Source of the DNA: Deltaproteobacteria bacterium | GTDB taxonomy: Bacteria; SAR324; XYD2-FULL-50-16 | Assembly: GCA_018645005.1 (NCBI GenBank) | Contig: JABGPJ010000083.1 | Span: forward strand, 585-64,584 | Direction: 5' to 3' | Length of the DNA stretch: 64,000 bases | Shown: positions 17,634 to 27,140 of the stretch, piece by piece | Position numbering within the stretch: position 1 is the first letter of the stretch | How the letters are laid out: each line of letters starts with the position of its first letter | Made by a program: the position numbers and the translations under genes | Notes under the pieces: model-generated | Databases searched by the model: none | Seen by the model: the letters and a program-made list of their open reading frames with translations, nothing else | Told to the model about the DNA's origin: nothing

Positions 17634-19142
17634 CTAAGTGGAACTCTTTTTCATATTGGTGATCAATCTGTCCTGCCAGGGAAGATCTCTTTCAAGTTGT
17701 GCCGCCAGCTGGAGCAGAGTCTGCTCGTCGCCAAACCGTCCCATGAAATGCACTCCACAAGGGAGACCATTCTCTGTTAAATGGAGCGGTACCGACATTG
17801 CCGGTTGACCGGTGAAATTGGCCAGTTGGGTAAAGGGTGTTTTGGCTAAGCTTTCAATGGCCAGCTGATCTGTGATGCCGGATGCTTTAAGAAGTCGACC
17901 CAATCCAAACATATTAACAATATTCAGGGCTATCTGCTCAATCGGTTTTGGCTTTAGTTCTCCAATTTTGACCGGGGGTGCTGCCAAAGTCGGCGTCAGA
18001 TACAGATCATATTTTTCATGGAATTGTCCCATGATTCTGGCGGCATTGTCCCATTCACGCATTGCGGTAACAAAATAGCCGGCTGAAAAGGTGCGCCCCA
18101 ATAGTCCCAATGTCCAGGTCAATGTTTCTACATCAGATCTCACCGGTTTTCTCCCCAGAATATTTTCCAGTTGATCGATATCAGAAGCAATTTCTCCAAT
18201 ATAAAGGGTCAAATAGCTTTTTGCCAGAGTGATACCATCCAGTTCCGGTGCTGCTTCCTCAACGTGATGGCCGAGGCTTTCGAGTATTTTTGCTGTTTTT
18301 TCCACTGCTGTGACGCATTCCTGATCTACATCGGTGTTAAGCGGGGAACGTGTGTTAAAGGCGATTTTAAGGGGAAGTGGATCTTGATCGATAATCTGTA
18401 GATAGGGTTTTTCAGGTGGCGCGATAATGTAAGGTGCACCGATGTCTGTACCCTGGGTTGCATCCAGTAAAGCGGCACTATCTCTGACCGAACGGCTGAG
18501 AACGTGTTCGACTACTGCTCCCTGCCAGATCTGCCCATGATCAGGCCCGGTTGGATTGCGTCCTCGGGTTGGTTTTAAACCAAAAAGACCACAGCATGAT
18601 GCCGGTATGCGGATAGAACCACCCCCGTCGCCGCCAGAGGCAACCGGTACCATCCCGCTGGCCACTGCAGCGGCTGACCCCCCGCTTGATCCGCCAGGTG
18701 TATGATCATGGTGCCAAGGATTGCGAGTGATCCCGTGAAGTTCTGGTTCTGTGTAGCCCAACAAGCCGAATTCAGGACAGTTGGTCTTTCCGAGAATAAC
18801 GAGGCCAGCCATTTTAAACCGCTTCACCAGGTCACTGTCATAGGCAGGAATAAAGTTTTCAAAAGCCTTACTGCCATTGGTCAAAGGAACTCCGGCATAG
18901 GCTGCCAAAAGATCTTTGAGTAGAAAAGGAACACCGGAAAAGGGACCCTGTGGGAGTTTATCAGCGATAGATTTTCTGGCAAGATCAAAAATGGGGGTTA
19001 CAACTGCATTCAGTTTTGGATTTTCTTGTTCAATGCGGTTTATTGCTGCTTCACAAATTTCATTTGTTGAGATCTCTTTTTTTTGAATTAACTCTGCCAA
19101 CCCCAAACCGTCGAAATCCAGAAATTCTTTAAAACCACTCAT
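17634..19142 (-). CDS. amidase-signature (AS) family amidase
   Basis: About 500 aa with the [14 protein letters not shown] amidase signature and the upstream catalytic Lys context (LLKDL). I prefer ATG 19142 (GGAGG 5 nt upstream) to the track start at 19154. Confidence 0.88.
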   Translation of the reverse strand: MSGFKEFLDFDGLGLAELIQKKEISTNEICEAAINRIEQENPKLNAVVTPIFDLARKSIADKLPQGPFSGVPFLLKDLLAAYAGVPLTNGSKAFENFIPAYDSDLVKRFKMAGLVILGKTNCPEFGLLGYTEPELHGITRNPWHHDHTPGGSSGGSAAAVASGMVPVASGGDGGGSIRIPASCCGLFGLKPTRGRNPTGPDHGQIWQGAVVEHVLSRSVRDSAALLDATQGTDIGAPYIIAPPEKPYLQIIDQDPLPLKIAFNTRSPLNTDVDQECVTAVEKTAKILESLGHHVEEAAPELDGITLAKSYLTLYIGEIASDIDQLENILGRKPVRSDVETLTWTLGLLGRTFSAGYFVTAMREWDNAARIMGQFHEKYDLYLTPTLAAPPVKIGELKPKPIEQIALNIVNMFGLGRLLKASGITDQLAIESLAKTPFTQLANFTGQPAMSVPLHLTENGLPCGVHFMGRFGDEQTLLQLAAQLERDLPWQDRLITNMKKSST

Positions 19143-19218
19143 CACTGCCTCCATTGTTCATATTTGAAATGTCCCATCGTTTGTAAACGAACTGTTTCCC
19201 GTTTCTTTAGGGATTGTA

Positions 19219-19553
19219 CAAAAATAACTTGGCATAATCTGTCCGCAAAAGTCCCATAAAAACTCAGCAATGACCGGTTAGGTTTTTGCAAAACGAAAGC
19301 TGAATGATAAAATCAGTCTCTGCGCATAAGAATTTAAAGATTTGCTAAGTTTGCTTCACGAAAAACCGCCAAACTCGCCTGCCTCGCTCAAACATGGCTT
19401 ATTTTCGCTAGGCTAAACCAAGAAAATCTAATAAATCCTGATAAGCTCGAACCAGGTTTTTTCATTCAGCTTTCTGCAAAAACCTAACCGGACATTGCTG
19501 ATAAAGACTGGATATTTTGCAGACAAAATACCAAGTAATTTTTGAGCCGACCC
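19219..19553 (+). repeat. long-form imperfect-palindrome repeat element (ERIC/Correia/MITE-like)
   Basis: The left arm 19219-19307 is the by-eye reverse complement of the right arm 19462-19544. The termini are CAAAAATAACTTG / CAAGTAATTTTTG. The arms include a perfect CCGGTTAGGTTTTTGCA / TGCAAAAACCTAACCGG core. They flank a ~154-bp centre, and the 3' tail is AGCCGACCC. Confidence 0.7.
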
Positions 19554-19634
19554 ATAATCTATTTGCAAAAGTTCCCAAAACACAGGATATTTTGCCAACA
19601 GAATGTGAAGCAATTTATGAACCGACCCTGAGAG
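19553..19634 (+). repeat. short-form copy of the same repeat family, abutting the long form
   Basis: CATAATCTATTTGCAAAAGTTCCC..GGATATTTTGCCAACAGAATGTGAAGCAATTTATGAACCGACCCTGAGAG aligns by eye with both ends of the long form and with the 55.7-kb copy. Confidence 0.65.
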
Positions 19635-19898
19635 CTTGTTTGAATTCATAAATAGATGAAAAAGTGTGATAAATCAACAAATAAAGGAAGAGACTCTGAG
19701 CAACCTATTTTCAGGCCGTATAAATGCACGTGAAAAATGTGAACTGGAAAGATTGTCTTGAGATAATTAACCGCTGATGCTAGTTTGAAGACGTATTAAA
19801 AAGTTTATGTGCTGTCTCACAATTCTCAGCTGCCGCTGGCCTAATTTTATTCAAATAACTGAGTTAATTGAAGGTCTCTCTACATCCTAAGAAATTCT

Positions 19899-20663
19899 AT
19901 GAATGAGCATACAGGTGACATTGACAGGTTGGCGGTAATGCTTCATGAAAGCAGCCGCATTGTTGTATTTACCGGGGCCGGCATTAGTACGGAATCCGGT
20001 ATCCCGGATTTCAGAAGTCCGGGGGGGCTCTGGACAAAATACCAACCCATTGAATTCCAGGATTTTATTGCTTCGGAAGAGAAGAGAAGAGAATCGTGGA
20101 GAATGAAGTTTGCCACTGAGAGTGTTTTGGCCGATGCAAAACCGAATAAGGGACATCAGGCTGTTGCCGATTTATATCAGCAGGGTAAACTTGCCCGTGT
20201 TATTACTCAAAATATCGATGGGCTGCATCAGATTTCAGGCATACCGGCAACAAAAATTGTTGAATTGCATGGTAATGCGACCTACGCCAAATGTTTGGAT
20301 TGCGGTAAGAGATACGAACTGGCAGAAATAAAACGGCAGTTTTTACAAAACGAAATACCTCCGGTTTGCAATGTATGCAATGGGTTTATTAAGACAGCGA
20401 CCATATCATTTGGCCAGCCGATGCCGGTTCTTGAAATGCAGGAAGCTGAATCAGAAACACTGAATTGTGATCTGTTTTTAGCGATTGGTTCGTCTCTGGT
20501 TGTCTATCCAGCGGCAGGATTTCCACGCCTTGCCAAGCAGAATGGCTCCAAGCTGGTCATTATCAATCGGGATGAGACCGGGCTGGATGATATTGCGGAT
20601 CTGGTGTTGCATCAAGAAATTGGAATTTCTCTCGCAACGGCAGTGAAAAAATCTCTGAACTAA
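19899..20663 (+). CDS. cobB: NAD-dependent protein deacylase (sirtuin, CobB-type)
   Basis: 254 aa with GAGISTESGIPDFRS, QNIDGLH, ELHGN and a Zn ribbon (CLDCG...CNVCNG). Confidence 0.9.
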   Translation: MNEHTGDIDRLAVMLHESSRIVVFTGAGISTESGIPDFRSPGGLWTKYQPIEFQDFIASEEKRRESWRMKFATESVLADAKPNKGHQAVADLYQQGKLARVITQNIDGLHQISGIPATKIVELHGNATYAKCLDCGKRYELAEIKRQFLQNEIPPVCNVCNGFIKTATISFGQPMPVLEMQEAESETLNCDLFLAIGSSLVVYPAAGFPRLAKQNGSKLVIINRDETGLDDIADLVLHQEIGISLATAVKKSLN

Positions 20664-22450
20664 TGTTCTGCATGCATTTTATTCAATAGTTGTACATAGT
20701 AGCCATTCAAGGCGATCAAGGTGTCGTGACTACCTCTTTCCTCTATTTTGCCATCTTTCATCACCAGAATTTCATCGGATTTTTGTATTGTGCTGAGCCG
20801 GTGAGCGATAGCAATGGCAGTTTTTGTAGCGAAAATGTTTTCGATGGCTTTTTGTATATAACTTTCAGTTATAGAATCCACCGAACTCGTGGCTTCATCC
20901 AGTAAGATCAATTCACTATTACCGGCCAGTGCTCGGGCAAAAGAGATTAACTGTCCCTGACCAGCCGAAAGATTGGAGCCATGATCAACGATCTGGTAGT
21001 CTAATTTTTCAGGCAACTGTTCGATGAATCGATCTGCATAAACATATTCAATTGCCTGCTTGATATTTTCTTCGCTGACCTTTTCTCTTTTCAATGAAAT
21101 ATTGAAAGCCAGACTTTCATTAAAAAGAAATACATCCTGCTGCATCATCGTAATCATTTCGATAAGCGTTTTCTTTGGTATTTCGACGAGTTCAATCCCA
21201 TTCAGGCGAATCGATCCTTCATAATTAAGGTATGTTTTTGTGAGTACCTTTAAAATGGTGGTTTTTCCGGCGCCAGTGGCACCCACCAGAGCCATTTTTT
21301 CCCCTTTTTTGAGCTGAAAAGAAATATTTCTTAAAACCGGCGGGTCTTTTTCTGAATAACGAAACGAGACGTTTTCAAATTCAAGAGACTCAAATTCGAT
21401 CAGCTTCTTTTTTAATGTGTCCGGAACCGGTTTGTCATTTTCCTCTGGCTTCTCGGAGAACAGCTGATGAATATGCTCCAGAGCTGAAAGTGCTCTTTGA
21501 ATCATGGCCAACTGTTGTGCAAACTCTCGTATGGGGATGAAGATTTTTGAAAGGGTGTTCACAAAGCCTATCATGACCCCGATTGTGATTGATTTAGCCA
21601 GGATCTGTCCTGAGCCATTCCAGATAATAATCACCAAGGTTACCGATGTCAGGCCCTCTATCACAGAAAACAGAGCAGCATCATACGCATTGGAACGGGT
21701 CTGGGATTTTCGAAAACGTCTGTTTTTCTCTTTGAACTGCTGTAAGACTTTTTTTTCGGCACCATATAGTTGAACGGTTTTAATCCCATTAAGACACTCT
21801 TGCAGAAAAGCCGTTGCTTCAGCGAGGGCTGCTCGGGCCGCATTGTAGTAAAAACGAAGCTTTTTTCTGAGATAGCTTGCAATCAGATAGGTTGCCGGCA
21901 AAACGATAATAATCAGCAGCGTCAGTTTCCAGTTTAAATAAAAAAGAAACACAAACAGCGAAATGGTCTTGATTAAATCTGTCAGGAGCGAAAGTACGCC
22001 AATCGTGATAGATTCACCCAGGGCTTCCATGTCGCTCGTCAAGCGACTTAATGTGAGACCGATAGGGGTTTTATCAAAATATCTGCGGGGTAGAGACAGG
22101 GTATGCGAATACAGCGAAAGCCGCATCTGAGCGATGGCAAGTTGTCCAACTCGTTGCAGACAATAGCTGTAGATACCGTCAGCCGCGTATCCGGCCAGGA
22201 TGGCTCCACTCAGTAGTGAAACCATGTTCCTGAGACCGATTAAATCTCCCGGGATGATATAATCATCAATGATTCGAACAATCAACAACGGGATTAAAAC
22301 TGTCGAGGCTGTTGTGATCGGAATTGCTGAAAAACTGAAAAACAGCCAGCTTTTGTGTGGCTTCACATACTGTGAAAATTGCAGCAGCAGCTTCCAATCT
22401 TTGATTTGGTTTTTATTTGTCATTGTCATTCGGATTGCTGCAATTCCCAA
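20660..22450 (-). CDS. ABC exporter, fused permease/ATPase half-transporter (MdlB-like)
   Basis: 596 aa. The N-terminal domain has 6 TM segments. Walker A GATGAGKTT, signature LSAGQGQ and Walker B LILLDEATS are present. Confidence 0.88.
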   Translation of the reverse strand: MGIAAIRMTMTNKNQIKDWKLLLQFSQYVKPHKSWLFFSFSAIPITTASTVLIPLLIVRIIDDYIIPGDLIGLRNMVSLLSGAILAGYAADGIYSYCLQRVGQLAIAQMRLSLYSHTLSLPRRYFDKTPIGLTLSRLTSDMEALGESITIGVLSLLTDLIKTISLFVFLFYLNWKLTLLIIIVLPATYLIASYLRKKLRFYYNAARAALAEATAFLQECLNGIKTVQLYGAEKKVLQQFKEKNRRFRKSQTRSNAYDAALFSVIEGLTSVTLVIIIWNGSGQILAKSITIGVMIGFVNTLSKIFIPIREFAQQLAMIQRALSALEHIHQLFSEKPEENDKPVPDTLKKKLIEFESLEFENVSFRYSEKDPPVLRNISFQLKKGEKMALVGATGAGKTTILKVLTKTYLNYEGSIRLNGIELVEIPKKTLIEMITMMQQDVFLFNESLAFNISLKREKVSEENIKQAIEYVYADRFIEQLPEKLDYQIVDHGSNLSAGQGQLISFARALAGNSELILLDEATSSVDSITESYIQKAIENIFATKTAIAIAHRLSTIQKSDEILVMKDGKIEERGSHDTLIALNGYYVQLLNKMHAEH

Positions 22451-24183
22451 GTTTCTCGGTATAATCCGTCTTGAATAATCAGTGATTGATGCGTTCCCCG
22501 TGCGACTATCCGTCCTTCATCCAACACAAGAATCAGATTTGCCTGTTCTAATGCCTGAACGCGATTGGAAACGATCAGCAAGCTGCGTGCAGTCCTTCGT
22601 TTATGAATGTGTTCAAGAAGAAATCTTTCTGTTTCATGGTCGACAGCCGAGAGCACATTATCTAAAATTAACAGGTCACAAGGTGTCATCAAGGCACGTG
22701 CCAGGCTGATTCTCTGTTTCTGACCGCCTGAAAGCATAATCCCCTTTTCACCAACCATTGTATCTAAGCCATCTTGAAAGCGGAAAATATCCTCTTGCAG
22801 AGCAGATTCTAAAATAACGTCAGTTAAATCTGGATTAGCCAGGTTTTCGGCCTGTTTTGTACCGAAGAGAATGTTGTTTCTGATGGAATCTGAAAACAGA
22901 AAAACATCCTGACTAACCGTATGAATGACAGAACGCACGTCGACTAAAGACAGGTCGCTGAGATCATGGTGGCCCATGAAAACCTGGTGATTATCGATGA
23001 GTAGATAGCGGTTGAGACAATTAATAAGTGTCGTTTTACCTGATCCAATCTTTCCCAGAATCCCTACTGTCTGGTTGGGCAGGATTGAAAATGAAATATT
23101 CTTCAGTGCTGGTTCATCCTGGTCGGGATACGTATATGAGAGGTTTTTTATATCTAAGCCTTGATCAAATAGCTGTTTTCTGACCGCTCTTGGTAAGGGT
23201 TCAATCTTTGTTTCCGGGATCTCCTGGTTTAAAATCGTAAGCAAACTGGTTACTCCGATAATTCCGGTTTGAAAGATCGTGGTTAGCCAGCCCAAACCCA
23301 TAATTGGCATGGTAAGAAGGGCCAGGTAAGCGATAAATGCGGTCAGTTCTCCTATAGTCAGTGACGCATTGATAACCATACTACCCCCGACCAGCAGGAT
23401 GATAACCCGAAGAATGTTTTCAAGATTTTGCAGGAGAGGCATAAAAAAGGAGCGGATAAAAGAGATCTTCAGTGATTGGTTCATCATCTCTTTATTGGTC
23501 TCTTCAAAGTTTTCTATATTCAACTTATTGATATCGTAGCTTTTTATTACGTCAATCCCCGAAAGGCTGGAAATTATGAAACTGGATATTTTTTGCAGTG
23601 TCAGCATTCTGGCCCGTGTATAGCGAATCACAAAATGCATGCTGAAGCGGATAATGATAAAAACCACAATAATTGGCAGGACCGTATAAAGCGTCAATGG
23701 GGCAGATAACTGCCACATTTTTATTGGCGCAAATGAGAGTGCAGTCATGATATTAAAGACCTGCATCATTCCAAAACCACATATCATCCGAACGCCATTG
23801 ATATCATTCTGTATTTTAGAAATAATGGTTCCAGTGGGATTTTTTTCGTAAAAGTTTTTTTGTAGTAAGGTCAGTTTTTTGAACAGGTCATTTTTAATCT
23901 GAAATTCAATGGCTCTGCCCGGGTTGAAAAAAAATACTCTTGAAAGAGTCCTGACAATAATAATGCTGAGTGCAAGGCCAAACATCATCAGAAGATATTC
24001 AAAAAGCTGATCCGTGTTTGACCGCAGGTCACCGGAACTCTCAGATAGCAAATCAATACAGAGTTTCAGATATCCCGGGATTGTGACTGCAATCCAGTTG
24101 GTCAGCACGATGAATATGATTCCCAGAATATAGGAGAATTTGAAATTAGACAGGTAATGGAATAGAAATCGAAGGTTGCTCAT
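22426..24183 (-). CDS. ABC exporter, fused permease/ATPase half-transporter (MdlA-like)
   Basis: 585 aa with a TM domain, Walker A GKIGSGKTT, signature LSGGQKQR and Walker B LLILDNVLSAVD. Its 3' end overlaps the next ABC gene by 25 nt. Confidence 0.88.
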   Translation of the reverse strand: MSNLRFLFHYLSNFKFSYILGIIFIVLTNWIAVTIPGYLKLCIDLLSESSGDLRSNTDQLFEYLLMMFGLALSIIIVRTLSRVFFFNPGRAIEFQIKNDLFKKLTLLQKNFYEKNPTGTIISKIQNDINGVRMICGFGMMQVFNIMTALSFAPIKMWQLSAPLTLYTVLPIIVVFIIIRFSMHFVIRYTRARMLTLQKISSFIISSLSGIDVIKSYDINKLNIENFEETNKEMMNQSLKISFIRSFFMPLLQNLENILRVIILLVGGSMVINASLTIGELTAFIAYLALLTMPIMGLGWLTTIFQTGIIGVTSLLTILNQEIPETKIEPLPRAVRKQLFDQGLDIKNLSYTYPDQDEPALKNISFSILPNQTVGILGKIGSGKTTLINCLNRYLLIDNHQVFMGHHDLSDLSLVDVRSVIHTVSQDVFLFSDSIRNNILFGTKQAENLANPDLTDVILESALQEDIFRFQDGLDTMVGEKGIMLSGGQKQRISLARALMTPCDLLILDNVLSAVDHETERFLLEHIHKRRTARSLLIVSNRVQALEQANLILVLDEGRIVARGTHQSLIIQDGLYRETWELQQSE

Positions 24184-24215
24184 ATGGGGAAAACAGGTGG
24201 TAAAAGAGAGTTGGG

Positions 24216-27092
24216 TTACCGGATTACAGCACGCAGGTTACTGTTATTCTCATCGATGATAAATGCTTTTCTGACCCTTTTGTTTATTTTTAGATAGTAG
24301 TTTCCTTCTTTTAATAAAAGGGTTTTCGATTTATCGGTATCAGTTAAATAGGTCAGCCAGTTCCCCCGCTTTCTTTTCAGTTGGAACGCAATTCGATCAT
24401 CTTTCTGCCCCCATTGCTGTACATTAGACAGATCGACAGTATAGTAGCCGAACATAGCACCGACTGTTTCGGGTGCAAATGCCTTCAACGTTTTCCGATT
24501 GATTTTCTTTTCGCCACTATCGATTGCTTCAATTACCGAAAAGAGAACGTTCCTAAACATCTCTGGTTCGTCCATAAGGCTCTCGAACATCGTGTGATCG
24601 ATCTGGACTTTATTTTCCAGTATAGCCTGAGTGGTTTCAAGAGGAATATCGATATTAAGAAGATACTTGGGCATCGACAATGTTTTTATCTGGGCATTGC
24701 AATCAATGAGTTCGAGTTTGACTTTGTTTTCATCTGCGACAGTTGACTGATTAAAGATAATATTAAGCCAGCTCTGGAAGAAATCATTCAAGGCGGAGAT
24801 AGTCGTAAAATCATATAATTGAGGGTTATAAACAGCCTTTTCACCCAGTTTGGAGATTAAAAAAATCATCTGCAGATCTTTTTTTACGATATAGGCTTTT
24901 ATCAAACCATAATAGGCGGCACGATCTTTGGGACTTTTGTTTAAAATTTTATTCGCGGTCTCTATAATATCCGGAGCATCTTCACAAACTGTATTTCGAT
25001 TCAGAAGATCGTTCAGTTTCTTTTGGTCCGATTCAAGTGTACGATCGACAACGACCTTTTCTATTACGTTAAAGATGCTGTCCTGTTTTTGATCCTCCTT
25101 TTCCTCAGCAAAATCCTGCTCGGAACCGGGTTGCCCGGAGGCAGATTTTTTTTGTGTTTCCTCGTCAGTTTCAAATGTTTTTTGTTCCTCTTCAAAGGTA
25201 TCGGTCGACGTCTGTGATGGTGCTTTTTTGATTCTGCTTGATTTGAAAATCTTGGCCGGAAGTCGTAAAAGACTGATTTCTTTGCCCAGAGTGGCTACAG
25301 CAATCATATTCCCATTGGGGGTAACAGCAATATCAGTGACCTGTTCGGCTTCCCCTGCCAGGGTTCGTATAAACTGTCCTTTTCTAACATTCCAAAGGCG
25401 AATGGTTTTATCCCTGGATCCTGATACCAGAGCTCTTCCATTGGGAGAAAAGCGGATGCCACTAATCACAAAATCGTGTCCCTGCAACGCCTTGATCAGT
25501 TTTCCCGTTTTATAATCCCAGATTAAGATGTTACGATCATCGGCAGCCGTCGCTATTACTGTTTGGGTAGGATCAAAGGCGACGTCCCGCAGACCCCTGG
25601 AATGTTTTTTTAAGGTAAATATTAAGCGGTGTCCCCTTGTTGCCCAGATTTTCGCAGTTTTATCCACAGAAGCACTGGCATAACTTTGTCCATCTGGTGA
25701 AAAACGAATGGCATTGATTTGTCCTTTATGAACCGCTTTTTTATAGACTGATTTTTTTTGATCTAAATCCCAATAGATGATCTGTTTGTCTGCACCACCG
25801 GAAATAAGAAAATTTTGTGTCGGGTGAAAGTCGATACAATTGACTTTTCCTTTGTGTCCTTTCAGTGTGGTTACGATTTTTCCAGATTTGATATCGTAAA
25901 TATTGATATCGGTGTTTGCTCCTACTAACGCAAATTGTTTACCGTTTGGAGAAATGCGAACTTGCGCAAACTTTGGGCTTTCAATGTCATAGCTCTTTAC
26001 CAGGGATTTACTGCGAATGCTCCATGTTTTTACAGTTTTATCATTTGATAAAGAGATCAGCCGTTTTCCGTTTTTTGAAATGTCAAGGCTGGTAATAGCC
26101 TTTTTATGTCCTTTGAAAGAACCGAGTAGCGCACTGTCTGTTAGCTGCCATGTTTTCAGATAGCTTTTTTGAAAGACTCCCAGAATCTTTTTCCCATCTG
26201 AACTATACATACAGCTTCGAACGGGTTTTTCCACCAGTTTAAGCTGGGAGAGCTGTTTTTTTCGCTTGTAATTCCAAACCAGGATGGATCCCTCCAAAGA
26301 ACAACTGATCATCTCTTTTCCATTGGGGTGGAACGCAAAAGAGGTGACAACATGCCGGTGGCCGGGAAGTGACCTAAACCGCTTCGATTTTTTCCAATCC
26401 CGGATGATCACTTTTTTATCATTTCCGGCTGAGGCAATATACTGACCGTTCGGTGTGAATTTGACCTTTAGAACTTTTGATGAATGACTATTGTGCGTAT
26501 CGATAACCTTACTCCGCTCCAGGTCCCAAACCTGAACGGCATTAGCTCCGTTTGCCCAACCAATCCGTTGATTTGATGGATGAAAATCAAGGCTGATGAT
26601 TTTCTTTGTGGGTTCTTCGATCTTATACTTGATTTTGTACCGGTCCAGTTTCCAGACAAATATATTACCATCTTTGCCGCCGGAGACAAGCGTTTCACCA
26701 TCGTTACTTATTGCGAGGCTGTTAACTGCCCCCTTGTGTCCGCTCAGGGTTCTGATTAACGAACCCTTTCTTAGATCCCAGATGTTTATGTCATTGTTCC
26801 GTCCGCCCGTGTAGAAGTGCGCTTTGGCAGGATGAATAATTCCGATAGAGGCACGATGTGGGCCCGTTTTGATTGTTTTTATCAAGCGTCCGTTTTGATA
26901 GCGCCAGATGCGGATGGTGTGTCTTTTGTCAATTGCAACTACAAGTCTGCTGTCAGCTGAAATCCCACCGTCCAGAACCTGACCGGGGGATGTATAATAT
27001 GTTCTGTAAATGAGGTATTCTTCAACTTTGGCATAGCCGCTAACAGAGACAACGGCAAACAGTAATATCAGCAAACTTTTTTTCATCGACAA
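24216..27092 (-). CDS. exported tandem WD40 beta-propeller protein with acidic linker and unknown C-terminal domain
   Basis: 958 aa with signal peptide MSMKKSLLILLFAVVSVSGYA. About 14 WD40 units are visible over roughly the first 615 residues (e.g. LSGHKGAVNSLAISNDGETLVSGGKDGNIFVWKL, LQGHDFVISGIRFSPNGRALVSGSRDKTIRLWNV). A D/E/Q/K-rich linker follows, then about 280 residues with no recognisable motif. Confidence 0.85.
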   Translation of the reverse strand: MSMKKSLLILLFAVVSVSGYAKVEEYLIYRTYYTSPGQVLDGGISADSRLVVAIDKRHTIRIWRYQNGRLIKTIKTGPHRASIGIIHPAKAHFYTGGRNNDINIWDLRKGSLIRTLSGHKGAVNSLAISNDGETLVSGGKDGNIFVWKLDRYKIKYKIEEPTKKIISLDFHPSNQRIGWANGANAVQVWDLERSKVIDTHNSHSSKVLKVKFTPNGQYIASAGNDKKVIIRDWKKSKRFRSLPGHRHVVTSFAFHPNGKEMISCSLEGSILVWNYKRKKQLSQLKLVEKPVRSCMYSSDGKKILGVFQKSYLKTWQLTDSALLGSFKGHKKAITSLDISKNGKRLISLSNDKTVKTWSIRSKSLVKSYDIESPKFAQVRISPNGKQFALVGANTDINIYDIKSGKIVTTLKGHKGKVNCIDFHPTQNFLISGGADKQIIYWDLDQKKSVYKKAVHKGQINAIRFSPDGQSYASASVDKTAKIWATRGHRLIFTLKKHSRGLRDVAFDPTQTVIATAADDRNILIWDYKTGKLIKALQGHDFVISGIRFSPNGRALVSGSRDKTIRLWNVRKGQFIRTLAGEAEQVTDIAVTPNGNMIAVATLGKEISLLRLPAKIFKSSRIKKAPSQTSTDTFEEEQKTFETDEETQKKSASGQPGSEQDFAEEKEDQKQDSIFNVIEKVVVDRTLESDQKKLNDLLNRNTVCEDAPDIIETANKILNKSPKDRAAYYGLIKAYIVKKDLQMIFLISKLGEKAVYNPQLYDFTTISALNDFFQSWLNIIFNQSTVADENKVKLELIDCNAQIKTLSMPKYLLNIDIPLETTQAILENKVQIDHTMFESLMDEPEMFRNVLFSVIEAIDSGEKKINRKTLKAFAPETVGAMFGYYTVDLSNVQQWGQKDDRIAFQLKRKRGNWLTYLTDTDKSKTLLLKEGNYYLKINKRVRKAFIIDENNSNLRAVIR

Positions 27093-27140
27093 TTTTATTA
27101 TATCGGATCTTCGGCGATTTGCACAAATCTGGCGCGCAAG

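Noticed and set aside
19219-19634. Possible CRISPR array
   Set aside because: The repeats are inverted as well as direct, imperfect, and of unequal length. They are not separated by unique spacers of constant size. No cas genes are in the window.
19428-19649. 73-aa minus-strand ORF from the track with an internal protein repeat (GSVHKLLHILLAKYPVF / GSAQKLLGILSAKYPVF)
   Set aside because: The apparent protein repeat simply mirrors the DNA repeat units. The homologous left-arm copy (19219-19307) is broken by stop codons in the equivalent frame, and the 55.7-kb copy carries an insertion. There is no SD either. I treat it as non-coding repeat sequence.
19899-20663. SIR2-domain protein as part of an anti-phage defence system (Thoeris/DSR/pAgo-associated type)
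   Set aside because: It is a compact classical sirtuin with an intact NAD pocket (GAGISTESGIPDFRS, QNIDGLH), catalytic His and a Cys4 zinc ribbon. It has no fused or adjacent effector or sensor genes, which is consistent with housekeeping CobB.
24216-27092. WD40 protein as a STAND/Avs-type or Ser/Thr-kinase-linked signalling NTPase
   Set aside because: I see no P-loop, NACHT/NB-ARC or kinase motifs anywhere in the ORF. The signal peptide argues for a periplasmic location.
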